Below, piece after piece: positions 13,278 through 64,000 of a DNA stretch of 64,000 bases. Every line of letters begins with the position of its first letter. Within the stretch, counting starts at the first letter, position 1. Both the position numbers and the translations under genes were made by a program. Source of the DNA: Amoebidium appalachense (lineage: Eukaryota; Protista; Ichthyosporea); NCBI GenBank assembly GCA_963693365.1, contig CAVNZM010000006.1:434001-498000 (forward strand). Reading direction: 5' to 3'. The notes below the pieces were generated by a model. It saw only the letters and a program-made list of their open reading frames with translations, did not search any database and was not told where the DNA came from.

Positions 13278-13567
13278 GGTGTGTGTGTGTGTGTCTGTGT
13301 GTGTGTCTGTGTCCGTGTTTGTGCCTATGTGTTCATGGTGTGCGTGGGCATGTAACACTGCGTGTGCACTAGGTTACGTATGCGCTGCTCACACGTACTG
13401 ACGGTGTGCACGCGCTGCGATGAACTTTACGTTCGCTGCAGACGGTTTTTCCTTACACTCTCGCGACCGCGTGCATGCTTTCTGTCGCGGCGCCTCGACG
13501 GTTCGATAGAGTCCAGTGTTCGCTGAATGTGTAAGGAAAAATAAGGAGCCATCTCAGTAGGTGGCAG

Positions 13568-14477
13568 TATGCGCTGCCCAGGTCCGAAATACACTCCAGG
13601 CCCACTCAACATCGAATACGACACACACAGCGGGCTAGCGATGGGGGCTTGTTGATCACCGAGGGGAACAATATAAGCAGAGAGGGTCAGGGCTATCCAA
13701 ATACCCCCGGGTTGTATACAGAAGATCAGGTGGAGGGGTGGACGGGAGTGGTGGATGCGGTGCACAGCAAGGAGGCTGTGATTGTGGCGCAGTTGTGGCA
13801 CGTGGGTAGGGTCACGTTCAGAACATACGACAGGGGGGGGGTGCAACTTGGTGGCACCCTCGGCGATAAGGTGCGTGTGTGGGTTTGTGGGTGTGTGGGT
13901 GTCTGCGCCCGTGTGTGTGCGCGCAGGTACGTGTGCTCGGCATGTCCATGCGTGAATCCATGCTTTTATGTGTGCGAGTGTGTGTGCATGCATACGTGCG
14001 TGTGTGGATGTGTGTAGTTGCAGTTGTGTGCTAATTGCCAACCCGAGGCCCAATCGTAGCTCCCACAGGTACTTGCACCTCATGGTTGCCAGAACACCTC
14101 ACAGTTCACACGTAGCCCCACTGATACCAGAGTATGGAAGCTTCCACAGATTGAAACTGCACGCTGTTACGTGCCCGCCCATGTGCAAGTACACGCGGTC
14201 ACTGGTTTTACACATGGCACGTGCCTTGGGTTGTGGAAGTAGTGTCCCAGGTGGCCTAGCTAGGGAACACGCGGCCTGCGAGATCTCACTCAGTCTCTTG
14301 ACAGAAAATGCACCCACGTGCACGCTAGACCTTCCCTTTGGCTTTCACTTATTCCCACCCCTTATCTAACATTCTGACTCCGATCAACCATATCCTCTCC
14401 CCTCCCCCCTCCCCCCTCCTTCAGGTCGTAAGCCTTCCACGCCGTTTCCCACAAAACATAGCAACCTCAAGCATGCG

Positions 14478-14536
<59 letters not shown>

Positions 14537-14672
14537 CCCCGCCCCCGCCTCCCCTTTTTCCCCACTGCCTACGTAGCATATGCACACGCTCACCCCCTCC
14601 CAAATACCTTCCACCCGTTTGGTTTTATTTCCTCTTCCTGCTGTAACGGGTCCAACTTTTCACCCAGTCCCT

Positions 14673-14705
<33 letters not shown>

Positions 14706-15039
14706 AAAAAAATAAAAAATAAAAAAGCCCACCTGCCAGCCTTCCTCACAGAAATGACTCACCGCATAAGCCTTTTTAAGTGGACACACACACACATGGT
14801 GCGAACACACAGACACATGCACATGCGCCTGCACAAAAGTGCACACACAAGAACAATACACACAACTACATGCACACAGAGCACTACCCACCCACCCTCA
14901 CACCCCTCCATACCCACACCCACACACTTACTCGGTCATGCCCTGTTGGGGCCATTTCCATGATCCAAATACCCACATCAATTCCTTCTTCACATCAAGT
15001 GCCTCCCCTCCCCCTACCCCCCTCCCCCCCCCCCCCCCC

Positions 15040-15070
<31 letters not shown>

Positions 15071-15344
15071 GTCCGTTCTCTGCCCACCGTCAACCCACCA
15101 TTACATCTCTCACACCCAACCATGTGCATGCGCAGGTCTGGGCGCTACAACGAGGGGCCCGTTCCACGTGCCCTTTCGACCGAGGAGGTGAGCAGGGTGG
15201 TGGGGGACTATGCAAGTGCTGCACGGTTGGCCATGCATGCAGGGTTTGATGGGGCGGAGGTGCATGCAGCAAACGGATATCTCATCGACCAGTTCCTGCA
15301 CGATGCCACAAACACACGGACAGACAGGCACGTTCTTCTCCCTT

Positions 15345-15377
<33 letters not shown>

Positions 15378-16497
15378 ACTCCCCCTTCTCCCCCCGCCCC
15401 AGCCCCTCCCCCCCGGCAGGCTCCAACCACCATTGCTCGTACCTCCCCTTCTTCTAGTTCTCTGCATTTAGGGTGTCGGTCATGAAGCTTCTTGCTCTTA
15501 ATTGTCTCTTTGTTGCACACTGTCTTACCCCATCACTCCCCTTTCCTGATTTATTTTCCGTTTCATAACTGGATTATCCCCCCCCCCCCCCCCCCCCCCC
15601 CCCCCACCCCCCTCCCCCCTCACCCCCCCCCCCCCCCCCCCCCTTCCCCCCTTCCCCTAGCCTCCCCCACCTTTTCGCCCGTCCCTCCCCCTCCCCCCCC
15701 CCCCCGGCCCCTCCCAATGGTCTGCTTTATGCCTGATATATCAGGGCTTCTCTCACATACATGTTATGGCAGCAGCAGGTATCCCTACACGTGTCCACGT
15801 TCACGCAAACGCTGGATGCTGACGTCCTGTGTAGTCCACTTACCCCATTCTTTCACATCATTTCTGCCCTAACCCCCACCCTTCCCTACCCCCATCATCC
15901 CCCCCCCCCCCCCCCCCTCCCCCCGCCCGCCCTTCCCCACTCCTCCTCTCCGTGCCCCTCAACACACACACCCACAGATATGGCGGCAGCATTGAAAACC
16001 GTGCCCGTTTTCTACTCGAAGTTCTACACGCGGTAGTGGGGGTATATGGGCCAGGGCGTGTGGGTGTGCGTCTATCGCCATCGAGCCAGTTTAACGACAT
16101 GACAGACAGTGACCCTGTCTCCCTCTTCACCCATGTGGTGCAGCAACTGAACACCCTGCCCCTGGCCTACCTGCACACCGTAGAGCCAGGTGTAGCCGGG
16201 TCAGCAGATGCCCCCATCGACCCATACACAGCCAATCTGACTGCGGGGTTCTTCAGAAAACACTACACAGGCACACTCATTTCGTGTGGGCTGTATGATC
16301 GGGATAAGGGCATGCATGCGGTGAGCAGTGGCCAGGCCGACATGGTGGCCTACGGTCGGTGGTTCATTTCGAACCCTGACCTGCCCCGGCGGCTGCGAGA
16401 CGACCTTGCACTGACCCCGTATGACCGTGCCATGTTCTATTTGGAGGGGGCTAGGGGCTACACGGACTACCCCCCATACCAGGACCAGTCCTCATAG
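13568..16497 (+). pseudogene. Old Yellow Enzyme / NemA-like alkene reductase with two frameshifts; N-terminal exon not found
   Basis: Exons ~13568-13870, 15136-15327 and 15978-16497. Motifs QRASDGGLLITEG, GYPNTPGLY, QLWHVGR, VAPSAI, AGFDGAEVHAANGYLIDQFL, RTDRYGGSIENRARF, GRWFISNPDLP and GYTDYP. Frame changes near 13620-13628 and 13816-13845. Confidence 0.75.
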
Positions 16498-17340
16498 CCG
16501 GTTTGCATTTCAATTATTTTGGGGTAGTTGGCCTACTTGCTCCCCCTTGCTTTGTTCCTCTTCTTTCTGGCAGGTTGGGGTGGGTGGGTGGGTGGGTGGG
16601 TTGGCGGGGGGGGGGGGGGGGGGGGGGGGGGGAGAGGGGGGGGGGGGGAGGGGGGGGGGGGGGGAGAGGGGGGGAGGGGGGAGCGGCAGGGAAGGCACTC
16701 AAGAAAGGTTTTTTCTGCAGCTGAAGAGCAATTGAAAGCCTCTCTGTCTGAGCAATCTGCAATCAAACGTGTGTTGGCAATCTAGCAGATAGTGTACATA
16801 GAGCAAAACTCTGCACTTCAGGAGCAGAGCATAGCCTTGTCAATAAAGTAACACGGTGTACTCAGGCGTGGTACAGAGAAGTTTCATGTTTATCTGAATA
16901 TCTTGGCCATTTAAGGCTGATCACTGATTGTTGTTTGATACAAGAGCAAAATGATCACAACACCAGAGTCTAAATATGTAAATACATCACAATTTGCAGC
17001 ATGGCGGTTCACTAATATACCCGTGTGTACATGTGCAACGTTTGGCATCGACATGGGTTGATAAATTTTATGTACATCCACTAATGTTTCAGAAAAACAA
17101 CACATCCACCTTTGCATACTGTACAACCATACTGAACAAAAGTAACTAACTTGGAAGAACACACCGTCGGAACCAGCCGGGTGAATCAACAACATACATA
17201 CATACATACAGTGGGGCATCATGCCATGCTGCTGGTCATGTGGCTGGGGTCTGCAGCAAAGTCAGCAGCAAAGAACACGGAGGAGCGGATGCCCGGGGAC
17301 TTGATGGGGCCCACGGTGTAGATCAGCTTGATGTCTGTGC

Positions 17341-26527
<9,187 letters not shown>

Positions 26528-27071
26528 GTTGGTTGCTCATCTCCACGTTGGAAGTATTCTCACTGGATGCTGTTTAGTCTTCAAAACAAGAAGACCACAC
26601 TATTAGGTAAGCGTAGACAGAGTGCACATTATTAAACGTTCTTGTGGCTCTGCCAACCCACAAATCCCATAACGTCGTTGTGGCTACAGTCAATAGATTC
26701 TGCCTTGCTCGAGCCGTGACTACTCTACACGCCTTGAAGTCCTTGTGGCTGTGCAAAAAAGACCACCTAGCTCAAGAAAAGACCAATAATTTCCGTATAA
26801 AACGTCTTATTCAGAACGGAAAAACCTGTCCCTTCAACATCTAGGGATTCAAACCAGTTTTTTCCAAGCTACCAAACCAGTTTTTTCCAAGCTACATCAA
26901 ACGAAAAAACGAGCCTGCACGACTTTGTAGCAGACCCTCCGGAAGAAAAGGATGATGTCATCGCGGCCCCTGCGGGAACCGATTACGCGAATCTCAAGAT
27001 CGCTTCTGATATGCCATATTTGGAAGGTAATTTATACTGACCCAAAGGCACCCAGCAGCAAAGAAAATAGG

Positions 27072-27123
27072 AATAAAACCAAGGCCTCCTACCTGTTAGT
27101 ATATAGGAGGCCTTGAATAAAAC
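27072..27123. mobile_element. 36-bp hAT-like mini-element with 8-bp target-site duplication
   Basis: AATAAAAC [CAAGGCCTCCTA - 12 bp - TAGGAGGCCTTG] AATAAAAC: perfect 12-bp TIRs and a perfect 8-bp direct repeat. Confidence 0.7.
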
Positions 27124-27463
27124 ACTCTTCACTAGCTGGAAAATATAATAGTGAAACAGGGGATAAATGTATTTTCACTGAAGGCTGCATTCTGCGACAC
27201 ACAGCTGTGCAAAGTTCAATAGAATAGTTCTTGGAAGGCTCGTGCTCTGGCACGTAACTGGCTCCCAGGATAAAAGGTTATGCGTAAATATTGCGCAAGA
27301 TTATTGCCCGGTGAAATTTTTAGGCCCGGCTACGTAGCTACGGCTGGCGATCACTTTTCAGCAGCGGAGTCGAGTGACAGGCAGTGACAGCGTAGGGCAA
27401 GCACGAAGGTTTACGGCACACACACGCGTTAGGTCCACTTGTTCACACGTGTGTGCTGCCACC

Positions 27464-49739
<22,276 letters not shown>

Positions 49740-49862
49740 GTTGTTTATTCTTAGCATTATTACTTTGCAGATTTTATTACTGACTTGTACATACACATAC
49801 GGAAATGGCTGTTTCAATAAAGTAGCCCCCGCAGGGGGCATCAAAGTGTTTCGTTCTTATAA

Positions 49863-50521
49863 TTACTGGGCTGCCTCCTCGCTTGCTGGCTTTTCCCCAG
49901 CAGCCCACTTCTTGGCGTGGGTCTCACCGCCAAAGCCCTCGTCGTAGTTGCCCTTGAGCTTGAAAAGCTCCTTGAAGTGTGGTTTGCAGTACATTTTATC
50001 CCCGGCGGCTGCGTACGTGCCCAGCGACAGGATTTTGTCGCACTTAGCACACTTGAGGCAGTTTTTGTGCCAGATCTTGCCCTCGGCTGTGATCTTCTCC
50101 TGTGAGGCGAGCAGAAGGGTCAGTGCTGTTGTTGGGCTAGCTGGCTTTTACATGTTTAGAGGTATCCAGTAGTTTGGTGCTATGTATATGCGCCTTGCAG
50201 CCTCGTGTCGGCATGATGCAACAGTGATGCAAAAAAATGCGCACGTGCAAGTGTGGCACAGTGAAAATGCTAATGTGCCTGCAAGTCAGTATGCAATTGT
50301 GTGCCTGCGGTATGGCGTTGTTTTGTTGAAGTTACTTGGCTAAACCGTGTGTGCGCGACACCTGCGCAAGCCCGTGCATGTGGTTGTCTGTGTGCAAGTA
50401 CACCAGTGCAACATGTCCTTGAAGGGGACAGATCGATCTGGGCTAAATAAGGGTTTGATCTCAGCACCCGCGACCCATGTGCACAGCCCAGGATGCCGGG
50501 AAGCCGCGGGGTGGGGGTGGG

Positions 50522-50566
<45 letters not shown>

Positions 50567-50840
50567 CGCTGCAGTTAAACAATACGTTGACACAACACAC
50601 TGCAAGTATATGATTGGGTAGCTGCGTGTTCACAAGATCTATGCACTTCGAGCATAAACGGTTACTGGGAGAAGTAGTTGGAATTGTGTGTTCGATGAGA
50701 ATTGGCATGCTCGCTCCAAGGGTAGTCTGAGACACAGCGCTAGGAAGGAAAAGACTTCATGACGAGTTAAGGGGAAGGGATGGAGGGGTAGCAGCAGGTG
50801 GTGGGAAAAAAGATGGGGCGGGTGGGTGGATGCGAGTGCG

Positions 50841-50885
<45 letters not shown>

Positions 50886-51018
50886 AACGGGGGAAGGAAG
50901 GAACCAGAGAAAGAAGAATGAGCCGGGTATAAAGCCACAATGATGGAAACACAAGCAACAAGAAACAACGGCAAGGAGGCGGAGACAGAACGAGAATAGG
51001 AGGGGAAAAGGGCCGGGT

Positions 51019-51058
<40 letters not shown>

Positions 51059-51523
51059 AGGGGGGGAGAGGGGAAAGGAGGTGGTAAGGCATGACGACAG
51101 CTAGGGTATATGTTGGAGCATGTTGCTGTTTTCGCGTTTGAGCATAACAGGAGTGGTGCTGTGGAAAGCTGGGAAGGCCAGTAGCAGCGCAATGCACCCA
51201 GTTACAGAACCCTCGTATCTAACTCCTCTGGTCCTCACGTCAGCTTGCATGCAAATGGGCTCTATGCCGCAACTCCTCCGTACGGAAATGGATGAACGAC
51301 TAGAAGCTGTAGATATACTTGAAACAAGATCTAATCAGGAGTTTTCTGCAGGCACCCTAGGTGGGGCCAAGGACCCTACACGGTTAACCCGATCAAGATG
51401 CGTGAAAGGAGGGGATGAGAACGAGAAACACACCATAGGGTAGACAGTCTTGGTGCAGATATCGCATTTCTCCTGCGAGCCGCCAAACTTGGGCACCTTC
51501 TTCTCAACTGGAGAGTCAGACAT
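49863..51523 (-). CDS. Small single-LIM-domain protein (LIMD2/EPLIN-like), 2 exons
   Basis: Exons 51523-51434 and 50099-49863 encode MSDSPVEKKVPKFGGSQEKCDICTKTVYPM|EKITAEGKIWHKNCLKCAKCDKILSLGTYAAAGDKMYCKPHFKELFKLKGNYDEGFG..KKW. Confidence 0.9.
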
Positions 51524-52551
51524 TTTGGAGTTTCGTTTAGTTTGCTTGAAAGCTCGAAAGAAACAAAGAACAAACAACGTGCTTGGCGGACAAAAGACTG
51601 TCGCCATGGAGGTGTGCGTGCCAATTTATACCGTAGGAATCCTGGTGCGAAACATGTGAACCGGCGAAACTGTAGGAAACTTAAAATGACCTTCATTATA
51701 AAAATCCATTCGTCTGCCTATTCTAAACCGTAGAACGTTTTAACAGAAAAATTCGTTGGCTAAATAATAGATATCACGCATAAATGGAAGGACCCATAAT
51801 TGGCAAGTTGCAGGATCTAGTAAAGATATCCAATCATCGGTTGTTATGCTATTTATTAACAGAAATCTAATTGGTTGCCTGGGCGGACCAGTTTTGACTT
51901 TTGACGCCCCGGGCTCTGCGGTCTGAAATCCCACATCGCTTGCTCCAAAAACACTAAAAACCCTATGTACTATTGAAAGATCATTTTTTTCAACACTACA
52001 AAATGCACTGTATTTGAAAGTTTATTTCTTTGTTCTTTTTTTCTTCTTTTCGCTCCACCTGCTTCGAGTTGAAAAGTCGACAGAGCCTTCGACATATGAT
52101 TGGCTTACACGCCACCCGATTCTGATTGGAGTTTGGGTGCGCAGTGGCTCACGAGCGGCCATACGAAAGTTGCAAGAGGTGGCATCGCTACCACTACTGA
52201 GGCGGTGTCCTTTTTTTTTTTTTTTTTTTTGGCAAAAAGGGACAGTAGATGTATAACGTCGCACGTGCGGCAACACGTCAGTACGTGTTAGGTGGCATCG
52301 ATATTTTTTGTCGAACTCAACAGCTGTTGCTTGTTGAACCTCGAAAAAAAAGAATAGATGTGTATATATGCACACTGTACTGTACAAGCAGAGCTTCACT
52401 CTCTGTAGTATATGAAAGAAAGAAGAGCACTGGGCGTACATCACCTGCGCAAGGGCTAGTTGATACACAGTTTATGGTAATAGGATACATGGTAGTGTTT
52501 ACGTAGCACGGCAGCCTTTTGTACCCCCCAAAGGTCCATCGTGTTCCAACA

Positions 52552-63626
<11,075 letters not shown>

Positions 63627-64000
63627 GTGAGTTTACCCTTGCCTGCCCCCCCCCCCCCTTCTCCCCCCCCCCCTCCCCGGCCTTCCCTCCACTTATCCCC
63701 TCAGGACAAGGGTTCACACCGGCACAGGCACGGGCACAGACACACACACTCATGCACATGCACACACACAGGTACACACACATGCATACACACATCGGCT
63801 GACACATGGCCGTCACTTCTTTGCGGATATCTGCCCTCCCTATGCCCGACTGTTTCGGGAGGATGGTGTACAGGATTCCATCTCAGGAAGACCATCCCCC
63901 CCCCCCCCCCCCCCTTCTCCCCCCCGCCCCCGCTCCCTCCTCCCCTGCCCCCCTCCCCCACCCACCCAACCCCTCTAGCTTACCCCTTCTCCGTTCAGCA

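Noticed and set aside
26850-26895. 23-bp direct repeat; likewise the 17-bp repeat at ~7658-7691
   Set aside because: Simple tandem duplications with no intervening element.

Overview
Eukaryotic, very intron-dense DNA with introns full of poly-C/poly-G runs and (CA)n/(GT)n repeats. An ichthyosporean-like protist is my guess, not established from the sequence. Most entries in the ORF track are microsatellite artefacts; the real genes had to be assembled exon by exon. Genes: the 5' end of an unknown minus-strand gene; an intronless bacterial-type FAD-dependent oxidoreductase; a frameshifted Old Yellow Enzyme gene; an IQ + DH RhoGEF; EDC4/Ge-1; a single-LIM LIMD2-like gene; and the 5' part of a ceramide-kinase-like gene. 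Mobile DNA: two related families (A and B) of Penelope-like (Chlamys/Naiad-type) retroelement ends whose 3' ends abut (C)n runs, including a 453-bp tandem array and a 5'-truncated copy retaining the RT C-terminus; two TTAA MITEs; and a 36-bp hAT-like mini-element. The top candidate for something new is a ~115-nt RNA module conserved between families A and B. It carries all three hammerhead core segments (GUU, GAAAC, CUGAGGA) in a non-canonical strand order, has covarying helices, and is fused to a canonical kink-turn. Catalytic activity is a hypothesis from manual inspection only.
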